DNA of 64,000 nucleotides from Rhina ancylostomus (taxonomy: Eukaryota), in NCBI GenBank assembly GCA_030265395.1, contig JARFYF010000029.1:24013494-24077493 (forward strand), written 5' to 3'. Each line of letters starts with the position of its first letter. The stretch's first letter is position 1. The notes below the pieces were generated by a model that made no database searches, was not told where the DNA came from, and worked only from the letters and a program-made list of their open reading frames with translations. Position numbers and translations under genes: made by a program. Below are positions 37,137 through 50,329 of the stretch, piece by piece.

Positions 37137-37277
37137 TTTGCCTCACTTCTGCTCACAATCAAACCAAAAGACTCACTGGTTTATTGTGTGAAAGGACAAT
37201 ATGAATAATGCCTGAATTTGAAGTCAACCCATTAAAAATAGTAACAAAAACACTGCATTTCAGTTTTTATCAGCCGA
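37137..37277. repeat. Composite of an inverted copy of 37939-38002 and a direct copy of 35875-35952
   Basis: 37137-37198 (TTTGCCTCACTTCTGCTCACAATCAA...GAAAGGACA) is the reverse complement of 37939-38002. It is followed 2 bp later by the 35875 copy. Confidence 0.85.
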
Positions 37278-37354
37278 ATGGGGTTTATTCCACTATTAGC
37301 CAAGGATAAAAATAGCAGCGGGATTATACTAGAAATGTAAATGGTTTATGTTTG

Positions 37355-37840
37355 GAGATTTACAAGGATGTTGCTAAGACTGGAAACTTTTGCTTTGAGG
37401 CAAGATTGAATAAGTTAGGATTCCTTTTTTTGAAACGGGAAGCTGAGAGGAGACCTAATTGATGTAAACGTGAGAGGTTTATGAAGAGTAAATTGGAAGG
37501 TCCTGTTTCCCTAAGCAGAGGAGTGAAAACACAGAGGGCACAGATTAAAAGTAATTTTATGAAGGATTAGAAGATGAGGTAAATGGGTTTCACACAAAAG
37601 ATGAAAATGGTCTGGAATTCACTGCCCGAAAGGGTGGGAGTGGCAGTAACTTATTATATTTTAAACAGTCCTTGGGTATTTATCTGATCAACTGTGATGT
37701 GCTGGGCCTTGGGTATTTATCTGATCAACTGTGATGTGCTGGGTTATGGATCTACTGGTTTAAGTTAGATGGCTCTTTCTGACCAGCACAGACATAATAT
37801 CCAAATGGCCGCTTTTGAGATTGCAAATTTTCTTTGATTA
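37355..37840 (+). mobile_element. CR1 LINE 3' end containing a perfect 37-bp tandem duplication
   Basis: GAGATTTACAAGGATGTTG...AGCTGAGAGGAGACCTAATTGA...CAGAGGGCACAGATT. CCTTGGGTATTTATCTGATCAACTGTGATGTGCTGGG occurs twice at 37670-37743. Confidence 0.75.
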
Positions 37841-39009
37841 CATAACTTAGTCCATAACAGGCTTCTTCTCGGTGTTTAGTATACTGAAGTCCTATGTTAT
37901 AGTTCCCTCAGGTTTGCCTAGATCTTTTCCCCCTTGGATGTCCTTTCAGACAGTAAACCAGAGCGTGTCTTTTGGCTTGATTGTGAGCAGAAGTGAGGCA
38001 AAACACTGGTTTGAATGCTAGACCTGGTTCCTTTTGGTAAAATCTCTATACATCCTCAAAGAGACAAGTGTACCTCTAAATCAATTAGCACACCAGTCAT
38101 TTACACTATACCTCTTCCAGATGCAGAAGGTAGAAATCCTTACAAAAAAATCTATGCAATTTCAAACATTATATTCAACAACATCTGCTTTGGTTATGAA
38201 TAATTTCACTACAACTTGGATTATTAATTAAAAATGGCATCAGAAAGTTACCACTCTGCAGTGGTGTATTGTAATGCATATTCCTCTCAATATCCCATTA
38301 CAACTTGTTCTCCAACATTGAAATACTTCTTGTTAATGGGCAAAATCTTTTGTAATCATTGTAACTCTTTGTAAGATCTTTGTAACTCTCACAACCACTG
38401 CAAGATTAAAAGATACTGGTTTTGTGACCAAATCACATAATTGATTTGTTTGCACCATCTCAAATAAGAGATACAGCCTGTGATGTACCAAGTAAATTAG
38501 CAGCTGCAGTATAAATTGTTTTAAACCATATGACTGGAAGATCAGAAATGGGACTTATATAGAAATAACCACACCACATGATATCAGACTACATAACTCA
38601 TGAGCTGAATGCCAAGTGTACTATTTAAATAACATAACAGTACCCTATTTAGATAAAGATGTCACAGTTCTCCTTGTGTCAGGTCATACATTTAAAAAGT
38701 AAATGTTTGTGTAATTTTAAGGATACAGATTTTCACTTTAGTTCATTAAGTGGTTTTAAATTTACATTCCCAAGCCTCACACTGGCACAAATAGATATCG
38801 GGATGCGAGTTAGTTTTCCTTAAAGTTGGATATTTAGACTGTTTACAGGAGCAACTGATTCCACTGAAACCAGGAAAGCAATTGTGGCACAATTACTACT
38901 AGCAATTGCTTAATAGAAGCACAATTATTTAATGTTCCAACTTCCTATTAACTGGACAAGTTACATCCTTCACTGGTTAATTTATATATTATTTATTTAT
39001 AACAAAAAA

Positions 39010-39360
39010 GACTCTATTGGTCTTTTTCACATCATCACATTTCTTAAAGAACTTACCAAACAATGAATTACCTTTGGAAAGGACATCATCGTCAGGGAGG
39101 AAATGCAGCAGCCAATTTGCACATAACAAAGTCTCACAATTAAATAAAAAGCTGGCAAATGCTTTAGTTACATGTGGGCACAGGACAATACTGTCAAGTG
39201 CACAGAGAACATCCTCCAAAAGTGACATCCAAATAGATGGGCAGGCCCTTTGTTTAATATCTTATTCAAAGATAGTGTGATAATTCCTTTGTAATGGACT
39301 GAAATAACAATCTAAATTATTTGCCTATACTTGAAGAGAATCCACTGACTTAGTGCACAC
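39010..39360 (-). mobile_element. Deu-domain SINE (SacSINE1/AmnSINE1-like), decayed
   Basis: GGAAATGCAGCAGCCAATTTGCAC...GTTTAATATCTTATTCAAAGA...TGGACTGAAATAACAATCTAAATTATTTGCC resembles the recalled Deu-SINE consensus. Confidence 0.5.
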
Positions 39361-42300
39361 AAATATAAGGATATAAGTATTGCAACCTCTAAATATATGT
39401 AGTCTTGATGCAGTCTTNNNNNNNNNNATTAAATCTGCATGCCTTCTTCATGCATTGTTTCCATGCATTGCTGCTTCCATGAGGGATAAGATGAGAATAC
39501 AGTTGCCTAGATTTGATATTGTTTCATATTTAAACTAGTTTTAATTATTGCATGCAATTTGTCATCCTAATATCTCACTTAGTTGTAAGCACTTAAAAAA
39601 AACATTTACAGCAGTGACATTTCAGTTTTTCTTTGGATGCTAAGTGATTTGAGACATCTAAAAGATGCAGTAGGGCTCCCATATGTTAGAACTATTGCAA
39701 TACTTTACATATCCTTATCAGATATGTTAACATATCTTTTTCACTGCACAGTTGTTTCCAAGTCCTCTTCCATAAAGAACAAGCATTCAGGCTTTAGAAG
39801 GGAAATTCTAAATGTAATGATGCAATAAATTAAAATCCAAGAATTTTTGAACTTTGAGCTAAAATATTTTGCTATTGATCAGTTATGTTGATGACTCCCA
39901 AAAATATACGTAGGTCCTAAAATTTAATTTAATTTTTATCTAGGTAGGTTTCACACATTTTTTCTTTTAAAACTGCCTAATAAAGTGTAATATATATTCC
40001 TATCTCTATGTGGATTTGTACTGTAACTTCTCTGTCACATAAAATAGGAACAGACAAAGCAATTGATTTTCATGTTCTTGTCTATTTCATGTTCTAATCT
40101 AATCTAATTAGCAACGGCACTATTAAATGCAACCAGTTTACCCTTAATATGGCCGAGGGCTGGAGTAGACCAAGGCACAGATTATTGTAAACATTAAGTA
40201 GCCAGAAGACTGAAGCTATTGTGCATTTTCTTTTAATAGTTATTGCAAATAACATATTCAAGGTGAAACAATGAAATCAAATATCTCCTTTTCCCTCTTA
40301 AGTTATTGCAAAAGTCCCAACCAGCTATTTGCTACTTCTATTTGATTTGCTCTTTATTATGCTGGAACAAACCTACTTGTGGTTTGTGTGGTACAGAGCA
40401 GTGTGAAAAATACACAATCTGTAAGTTTCCAAAATATGCAGAAAGCCCANNNNNNNNNNTCATGCTTAATCCTTACACAAAAGCTGATTTTTAAACATAA
40501 AGCAAGATAGCCTCTTTCAACTGAGTTCCAGAAAATCATCATGGAACAATTGTGAAGCAGTGCAGTTTAACTATCATCAGCTGCAGGAAGTCATATTCAG
40601 CATGCAACTAAAGCCCAAACCAATTTGATCGCGTTTTAATCATGTCAAAAATGTGTTATGCAAACCAACTGCCCAATTCCCCAGGGCATCTTTATACTGT
40701 ACAATAAAAAGTAGAATTATGAATGTAAAAATTAAATTCTGTTTTTCTTCAGCATTAATTTCAAGAGCCATTCCTTTTCACAGTCTGCAGTTTTGCACAT
40801 TATGTTCCCCAATAGCAGATCAGCTGTTCAATTCATATATCAATCACCCTAACAGCCTAATNNNNNNNNNNNNNNNNNNNNNNNNNNNNNNNNNNNNNNN
40901 NNNNNNNNNNNNNNNNNNNNNNNNNNNNNNNNNNNNNNNNNNNNNNNNNNNNNNNNNNNNNNNNNNNNNNNNNNNNNNNNNNNNNNNNNNNNNNNNNNNN
41001 NNNNAATTAATTCATTTTGTAATATGTAATCACTACTTTTTTAAAAAACTTGATTGTCTTTTACATCTCAGAAAAATACATTTTTTAGCAGTCTGTGAAG
41101 TAGTTTTCCTTAAGAATTATTTTGAGTGATAACTGCTTAAAATATCATAATGAATTAGGGCAGATCTTACTAGAGAATAAATTACTAATTGAGTAACATA
41201 TGCCTTCTCCTCAGTGGATAAAAAAAATTAGCGATTCTTCTGGCTTTTATTGGAATGGAAAGTAGACCAATCCACTGTTGAGAACAGTAAAACACAATGA
41301 ACAGTAGCTCTTCCAGCAGGTTTCTTTTCAAACCTTTTTTTCAGCTTAAATAATATAATGAAGTATTAAAAGAAACAGTAGGAGAGCCATAAAGAAGCAG
41401 TTGATTCTTATTAGCCATGTTCTGATTCCTCTCTGTGCAGGCCCTCAGAGCTACAGTGAGTAGAAAATTTCTTGCTGGTAATCTGGAGCAAAGGCGCTGG
41501 GAGTGTGGACAATCAACATTGCTAACCTATCCTTCACAATTACCCGTTCCATTTTTGGTTCAATACACTAAAGTTGTTCACGTGAATGTTACAACTAAAA
41601 GGCATTCCCGCAGCTTCGGATTTCCTTGCCTCTGGCAATAGCACCTCTTAACAAATGAATCAATGCTAACAACAAATCAGATGGCATCCTAAAATTAACC
41701 ATGAAGGAATATTTAGCCATTATATTCATCTCCAGCAATCCTTTCAGTAACTTCTGGCTTAATTTAAAATGGAAAAATAATTAGGTAAAAATAATAAGGT
41801 TAGATGGAATACTGAGGACCGTTATATAACAGCAAAAGGACAATGAATTTGACTATTTTTATCTGATATAATTACATCCAAATCAATAGATTGGCTATTG
41901 TAATAAAAATATAATTTCCCCAACAAGTTCCACTGTACAAATTCATTTCTGAAAGTAATAACAGACAAGATTTCTTCAGTACAAAACATAATCAAATTTC
42001 TCAGTTAACTGTATTTCAGAAAGCCAACATGGTGTTACATCATTTTTTTTCTTCCTTTTTGTAGATGGGTTTACAAGGCTCTAGAAGTGATACTGTTAAA
42101 ACAGCTGCATAGGCAAAGATTGCAAAATAGTTCTTTATTGTATTTGAAGAAAGGCTATTGTGGATAACAGCTGTGCTTTGAAAATATTTACAGCCTATAA
42201 AATGGTGCAGTGAAGTGAATTGCTCGCCTTACCAGCAACAGGGCATGGTTTGATGTAACTGCTACATTTTTACTTTTTCATCACCATCTCTCTAACTGTT

Positions 42301-42774
42301 GATGTGGAAACAGAACAAGTGCCAAGGCACAACACACTTTTCTTCTCTCCCTTCCTGCTTGTCTTGCTTTACTTCTCTGTTGCTCTGGTGACAAACAACA
42401 ATGCTCAGCTTATCCGAACTGAGAAGGATTTTCCATCAGGAACAATGTCTTCTCTCCACATGAATTGATGCATGAAATACACAGACTGATTGGATGTGAA
42501 ACAAACCTAATTACGAGATACCAATCATATTCTACTGCTGCGATACCATAGTTATCTGTCCAGAGTTGCATTATTTGTTACAAAGGTATCCTTTCAAAAT
42601 TAAACATAGATATTAAGTACTAGGAAATATTCTGAGACTGATGGTGTGGAATTCTGTTGTTGCATTACAGATGTTTTGAATATAAAGCAAATCGTGATCT
42701 ACAAATTTACCTCAATCACTATGCTAATCAGTTTTGATCCAGGATTGAAGGGAGGAACAAGCAATACATTATTC

Positions 42775-43672
42775 ATTATATAAACTAACAGTAAGATGGG
42801 TCATTGAAGAATATTTACAACTGGCAATTAGCAATAATCCTGTCATATTAGGTTTTATGAAGATTTTTCTGTGGTAAACAGTAATAGACTACAATACGGC
42901 ATCAGATGACAGGATGGGCAGAAAAGTGGCAGATAATATTTAATATAGAGAAATGTGATATGCTGTGACAGAAATAAGTAGAGACAGTATAAACTAAATG
43001 ACACAGATTTAAAGGAAACAGAAGACATGAATGTACATCTACATAAATTGTTGGAAGTGACAAGGCATGCAGAAAGAGTAATTAGCAAACCATGCAGGAT
43101 CCTGGCATTCATAAATACAGGCAAAGAAGTAGAAAAACAGGTAAGCTATACGGAACCTGTACTGAACAGTGGTTACACCATGAGGGGAGCATTTTGTCCA
43201 AATTTGCTCACCTGACTTAAGGAAGGATATGAAGCCCCTTGAGCGAATGCAGAAAAGATTTACCAGAACAGTTCCAGGGATGAGAGATTCAGTTGTAAGA
43301 TTAGCCTGGGGAAGTTCTTTGAGCAAAGAAGGATGACAGATTTGATGAAGGTGCATGAGGTAATGACTGATTTAAATTGGGTAAATTGAGGGAAATTGTT
43401 CCCATTAGTGGGGGAAATCACAGACAGGAAGCACAGATTTAAAAAAAATCTGGACAAAGGAATGTAAGGGAGATAAGAAGATAAAGGTTTTAATTCATAA
43501 GTTAGTTATGATCTTAAACACAATGCTTATGAGGGTGATGGAAACAGAATCAGTCATAAGGTATTGGATAGGGCCAAGCGGAAAAAGGGAATGGAGCCGA
43601 ATGAACTGCTCTACTCTGAGTCAACATCGGCTTAATAGGCTGAATGTCTTCCTCCTGTGCCACCATTCTACA
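42775..43672 (+). mobile_element. CR1 LINE 3' fragment, old
   Basis: GGGCAGAAAAGTGGCAGAT..TTTAATATAGAGAAATGTGA, GGATCCTGGCATTCATAAATA, AGGAAGGATATGAAGCCCCTTGAGCGAATGCAGAAAAGATTTACCAGAA. Confidence 0.75.
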
Positions 43673-44242
43673 ATTTTAATCCAACCTTCCCAAAGGTGTC
43701 TTCTCTTGATTTTAATGAGTTTACAACCAGGACAAATGCTGAAGAATGCAGATTTAATCAATCGTGGGATATTTGACTTTTTAAATTTATGTAAATCATC
43801 CTAATTAACTAATTTTGTAACAGAGTCAACTGAGTTAAACAAGACTTGAGGCTGAAAGGACAGATATTGACACAACCCAGCGTTAAGCTATTATGTAATC
43901 ACCCATTCAACCAACTGCTTGAAAGCATTGCTGTGACCCTAATTCTTCGCTACTCATGATCTTCCTGCTTGACACAAGTTTAGCAGAATACCAGATGAGA
44001 ACTTGAGCCAGTGTACATTCTTGTTGAACCCTGATGACTAGTTCTGTGATGAGCAATTTTAGAAGTCATATCCGCTTAATTCCAACAATGAGACCATTTA
44101 GACTGTGTACCCAAGGCCCTCCTGGAATCAATCATCCTGTATGTTTCTTTATTACATCCTCTTGAGATTAGAAAAGATGCATCATATTTGATAATATATA
44201 ATCATTTGCTGGTTCTTATTTAACTCTAAATTTGATACAAAA

Positions 44243-44640
44243 GGTATTGGCTGGTTTATTATTATTGCCACATGTATCGACAATGTGACAATGAAAAGTG
44301 TTTGTTTGCGTGCCATCCAGGCAGATCATTCCATACACCAGTACATCGAGGTAGTAAAAAGAAAAACAGAATGCAGAGTATAGTGTTACAGTTACAGAGA
44401 AAGTGCAGTGCAGGTAGACAAATAAAATGCAAGGGCCACAACAAGATAGATTGAGAGATCAAGAGTTCATCTTTTAGCATATGAGAGGTCCACTAAAGAG
44501 TCTGATATTAGCGGAACAGAAGCTGCTCTTGAACGTGGTAGTTAATGCACTCAAGCTTCTGTATCTTCTGCCTGATGGGAGAGGGGAGAAGAGAGAATGA
44601 CTGGGGTGAGAAGGGTCCTTGATTATGGTGGCTACTTTCC
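44243..44640 (-). mobile_element. Rex1/Babar-type LINE 3' end
   Basis: GGTTTATTATT..CACATGTA...GAGTCTGAT...AGAAGCTGCTCTTGAACGTGGT...CTGTATCTTCTGCCTGATGGGAGAGGGGAGAAGAG...GTCCTTGATTATG. Confidence 0.65.
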
Positions 44641-45622
44641 TATCATTACAGCTGACTTAAAATGATACCTTTTCACGGTACTGTATTTTGAAAAGAACAA
44701 TTGTTGTACCCACTGACTGCAAAAGAAAATAGTGTTTGTTCCTACTTCTGACTTCTTTTATTAGCTCCTTGCAGTATGGCTCTACCTGAACACTTGGTGG
44801 TGAGTGTAGTTCCTNNNNNNNNNNNNNNNNNNNNNNNNNNNNNNNNNNNNNNNNNNNNNNNNNNNNNNNNNNNNNNNNNNNNNNNNNNNNNNNNNNNNNN
44901 NNNNNNNNNNNNNNTATACAGCAACAAGGGCAACTTATGTAAGGGAAGGTTAGAGAGAAAATGGTAGCAATCACCCCATTGCTACTAAGAGGGGCAATTT
45001 TCAACATGCCTTCATAAATGGGTCTGGCCAAGATGTAATCAATCCATTAAATGCAAGCAACTACTTAATATCTTATTTTAGAGTTAGAAGCTACTGCATC
45101 ACACCTCATCATAGGGATAAAACTTTTATTTTCCACTTGGACTTTTCAGTAATATATTTTTATTTTAATTTGCTATTACGTCTGCATGTGGATGACTCAT
45201 TTGCTACATTTCCACTTTCAACCAGGAAGTCAACAATAATTAATTGCACACATCACACATATGGCATCAGTGAGGCACTGAGATTGGTTAAGAGCAGCAG
45301 TGTACTTCTGTGGGATACCAAATATTAACTGGTGAATGAATTCTATTCACCCTTTGTCTCAAGAGGGAAATTTCTGCTGTTGCACAGACTATTAAACTGA
45401 ATATTCCTGCAAGGAACAGATATAATGTGCAAACAGGAAGCTCGGATATCAGTGAAGGCTGGTGCTTTTCCCCACCATTTTTTGTTCCTCTGGATGTTAG
45501 CCAAAACTGATGAGCTATAAGGTCATCACAAAAAGAATGCAATCTTTCAGTTTACCAATTTTCATAGCTTCTGTATAATTTACCTTTCCTGAAATAGGAA
45601 GTGCTTTCTCTATGTCCAGAAT

Positions 45623-45636
45623 GTTGCCATGGTTAC
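45623..45636. promoter_or_regulatory. Consensus RFX X-box
   Basis: GTTGCCATGGTTAC (reverse GTAACCATGGCAAC) in unique sequence. Confidence 0.4.
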
Positions 45637-48600
45637 ACTGTTGGCTGTTTAGAGCTGATACCTTCTTACATGCCAGCCATTGCAGTCAGCATTTCAACTC
45701 ATGTGCGAGCTTGTCAGCATTTCACAAGGAAATTCTTCTTTAATCTGGGATTGATGGCATCAAAGAATCAGATTAGTTGCACACAGACCAGCAGACTGTC
45801 AGAATTGATAAGGCTAGATGTTTACTTTAAATAGACTGCTGATTCTAATAGCAGTTATTTAAAGCAGCAGTAATTCCTACCATCATATTTTAAGGTTTGA
45901 AGAACCAAAAAAAGCTTTGAAACACATTGATCAGCATTTACGAGGAAAGGAAGATTAATGTTTCACTCTGACTCCTAATCAGAATTCAGTTGCAAAGTTC
46001 AGCTTAATTTATGTCAAATATTTTCAGTGTTATCCCTCCTGAAGAGATGTGAGAATATCTTGTTTATATAACAAAATAAGAACATCCTCAATCTACTAAC
46101 CAATGCCACTTATTCTTCCTAGTCTACCTGGCTCCAACCTGCCTTCAGTTTGTGTTGGATTTGTGTGAGAGTGAGGTAATTTTAGCTAACGGAATTCAGT
46201 GGCAGCTTACTTACTACAGTTCAGTTAAATAAGAGTTTAGAATCCAGTTTTTCATTAGAAATCTATAAACTACTTATTTCAATGAAGTATTTGTACCTTT
46301 TTATAATTATTGTTGTTTACTTTAAAACTACAATTATGGAACACTCAACAGCTGCTAAAATGTTGTGCTAAACATGCAAAATTCTCTGGGGCTGGAGGTG
46401 AGTTGGGGGAGCATAGATGCTTAGGAAAAAATTCTCCTGCATCTCCTTTGACAGTAACACTAAGACTTTCAGCATCCACTTTTCTCTTTGGTAAATATTC
46501 CATTGCTGCAAATTACACCTTTATGTATAGCAGATTTTATCCTTGGCAAAGAGTTGAACAGCTATGTTTAAGCTATAGTGCATTCACATCCTACAGAGCC
46601 TACAGTCTAATTCCCTCTTTATGCATCATGATCTATATTCAGGCTTGTTTTTCACCTGTCATTTTTTTTAAATGTTTTTGCTCAGCTTTTGCCACTTTAC
46701 TGGGATTGCACATCCATTAGTTACAGCAACCTGACCCATGCTCCATTAGGACATATATTGACTATTAACACTTTAATATTACCTGAACCTTTATTACTAA
46801 TAATGTGTTTAGCAGAGAATGAAGAAATACAAATCTGAAGACTTTTAGTTTTGTCATCCATAGACAAATTGCCTGAAACTGAACAGTGACTTATGAAATA
46901 GGAATTTAGGAAGGCCATAAGCTCCCTGAACATACTCCTCCATTCAATAAAACAATGATTAAATATTTCTGTTGTGGTAGAGTTTGGTAATTCCAATTAA
47001 TTGACAAACTTTCTGGGCTAGCTTCCCCCCCCCACCGAGAGAACAGCTATCAGAAGCAGGAATAGTTAAGCATATCCTGGAATGTTCCCTCCATCTCAGG
47101 CAATACAATTTTAGACCTTTAGTAGAGAGCATGCAACCAGTCACTTTCCTAACACATATGTTGAGAAATGAAGTATGACATATGGTGAGGAAAGGTTCAC
47201 AAGGTCAGATATGAAGAATGTTCTGCCAAAGATTGTGACTCTGTTTGTGTATTGGGGGTGGTGGTATGTTTGGAGGAAGTGTCAGTCTCTTGTAAATGTC
47301 ATCCTGGTATCTTGACCAATCCATTAAAATAATCCATACTAATGTAACTAAGCTGCATAATGTGCAACCACAATACAATTTTTGGTTTTTATTTACATTC
47401 TCCATGTCAAACTTTATCTCTGTGCTATTAATCACAATAACGTGATTGGTTTGAAAGCATAGACATCAACACAAGATTTATTCATTCACATCCTTTATTA
47501 AAAAAAGCCGTTAGTATACCTGATAGGCAAGTTTTAAAAACAAAAGCCCCAGAACTATATTCTTGTATTACTTGATGTCTTTTACATTACCTTGTAAATT
47601 AATTGCACAGACTCTGAAAATGAAATTATTTTCTTTAGAGAAAATAAAGTTATGAGTAAGCGAATTTGCATTTTTCCAGAGTAAAAGTCGTGGAATGTGG
47701 TTCCTGTGGGCCATGTCAAGTTGCCTTTAACCAGCAGTCAGCTGTTTAAACTGCAACAAGACCTGGAACTCCAAGCATAAGCATGGCCTGTGAAATGCAG
47801 AACTCTGGGACTTGCTAATAGATTCAGAGGCCCAAATCTGCCGGGCCACATGTTGAAGACCAACAGTGGGTTCCAGTGATCCTATTATGAGAGTGCAAGA
47901 ATCCTTTTGATTTCAATAGGGTACATTGGACTAAAAAAAATGGGTGGTAAAGGAGAAGTTACTTGGAATAAATACGTTGCTTTAGTTTTAATTTTGGTTT
48001 TTGAAATTTTTTAAATCATTTTAAAACATGATTGGCTTTAACATGAACAGATTTTTCAATGCATCAAATATCAGAGACATTTAAGAATTATCAATATCAA
48101 TTGCAGCTTTTACAACTGGTGAAGTAGTCCCCACCTTTGTCAGGGTTATTTTGGGAGTGAGGGCTCCAACTGAGGCTCTGTCAACAAACAGGCCCTCCAC
48201 ATCAGGCCAAGGTATGTGCAAGCACAGACAGATCACAGGCATTAATCCTAGCCAATTCGAGTAGGCCAAATATGTTNNNNNNNNNNNNNNNNNNNNNNNN
48301 NNNNNNNNNNNNNNNNNNNNNNNNNNNNNNNNNNNNNNNNNNNNNNNNNNNNNNNNNNNNNNNNNNNNNNNNNNNNGGCCAAATATGTTTAATACAATTG
48401 CAGATTCTGCAACAGGAAAACAAGCAGAATAGGAAGGATGGTTGTGAATAAATGACTACACAGGATAAAAACAGTATGCAACTGACAATAATGGAAGCAG
48501 TGCGGCATTAAGGTATCAACAATATCGTGGGGAGTATGGGATACGTATGAAATCAGATAAATTTCAGTAGCTGGATAAATAAATGAGAGAAGTGTGCAGA

Positions 48601-50135
48601 ATATCACAAGACATATTCAAGATATTTTCAAGAGCAGACCAAGTACAATGGTCTTCATTCTGATACATTTCAAGCTGAAGTTCAAATTAGACACTGATAA
48701 TTGTGCCCAAGAAAGACACTTGTTTTAAAAAATACATATTGTCCCAAAGTTTTTATCACTAGCTCTTTGACAAAATTGTGTTTTTGTAACAGAATGCTAG
48801 TCAATTCCACATTATGAAGGAGAAAGCAAACACTCTGGATGTCATAACTATAAGTAATAACTGTAATTATTATGTCAGCATGTTACTGGGCAGTGCAATT
48901 TCATTTTGCTGTTATGTTATTTTCCACACAAAAGTTCTATTTTAAAAGTGTTAAGTTATGGAGTGTAAAATTTTCACTGTTCGTGCTATCCAGTGTCCAG
49001 TTGTATATTTTAAATTCTTGTACAGGGTTATTTTCTATTAAATTTGATAAAAGGCTCACTGATGGGAATGCCTATTACTCTAAACGTTTACTGCCTTAAC
49101 AGCAGTGCAAATCAGATTTGGAGTACATTGTTGTAAGTAAATGCTGGAGGTATCCAAGGCTTCTTTTCCACAGCCTTGCTCACTAAAAGTGACCATCTTT
49201 AAATTCTCTACTTAACATCTTTGGATACTTAAGACAGCCACGAAGCCACTTTCTTCCTCTCGCTTTCCTACAGTTAGACCATAATCTCTGCACTGAATCA
49301 GATGCAAAAACTGGGATTTGGCACTACCAGCACATATCTGCTTGTGCTCAGAATTATTGGGACATGCAGAGATTGTGTGGTAGATTTTCTATTTAAGTAC
49401 ACCCAAGTCAACACAGGGAAAACATCACTTAATTTGTTTTTCCTCTAAAAACATCAGTTGTACCTGCCTGGCAAATATGCAATGGTAAGACAAATTGGGA
49501 ATCTGTGGGGAGAGTAAGAGGTATTTGTCTGAAGATCAGGTATGATGGAACATATACAAAAGATCCTTTGCTTGGGTACAATCCAACATCACTTTACTGC
49601 TACTGAAGATTTTCAACTTCTTTGTAGCACGTTTATCCATTCTTTTTCATTCAAGTTCAATAATGCATCAAAAACTCATTGCTATTTTATTTTGCTTTAT
49701 TTCAAATGCTCTCAATTTTCTTTCCTTTTCACCCTATACAGTTACAATTAGAATCTTCATTGACTAACAAATCTGCACTGTGACTGTACTATTCCAGGTG
49801 ATACGGTGAAACATTTGTCATATTCTGATTTTGTAAACCTGTTTCTGCTATTCAATACATAATAAAATCATCTGAATATTGTTAACATCATATGCACATT
49901 CTTAGAGAAAGTTATTTATTTTTTGCTGTCCCAATATTGTTTTTTGTGGTTTCATACTTCTTTGATAGACAGAATTAGCCCAAACACAAATTTTGACCTT
50001 ATTGTCATTTGTCGTGATATTTGCAGATTTTAAGCTGAAATATTGCATATTTGACTCCAATGGCAAGAATTGAAAAATAGCAATTTATTTATACAATTAT
50101 TAGCACTGCGAATCATTACTGCAGGTTGCTTATTT

Positions 50136-50148
50136 GTTGCATAGCAAC
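50136..50148. promoter_or_regulatory. RFX X-box, 13-bp form
   Basis: GTTGCATAGCAAC in unique sequence about 4.9 kb upstream of the LRRN3 coding exon. Confidence 0.35.
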
Positions 50149-50329
50149 CACAACAAGGTGCTAACAATGTGAATTGACAGCTAGTGATATTCTAGGTGGC
50201 TGCCCAACATATGAAAGAACATACCCTCACAGGGTGAGAATGTAGTTTAGTGTGGTCAAAATATTAATTACTGAAGTTTTTTAAAATTCATTTATGGCTT
50301 CTGAGCATAGCTGGAAAACCAGTATTTTT

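Noticed and set aside
47690-48275. GC-richer segments around an AT-rich core (similar at 23480-23620 and 25300-25560), possible old MITEs
   Set aside because: Arm complementarity is too weak to support by eye.
48264-48389. GGCCAAATATGTT direct repeat flanking a 100-N gap
   Set aside because: Probably an unmerged contig overlap rather than a TSD.
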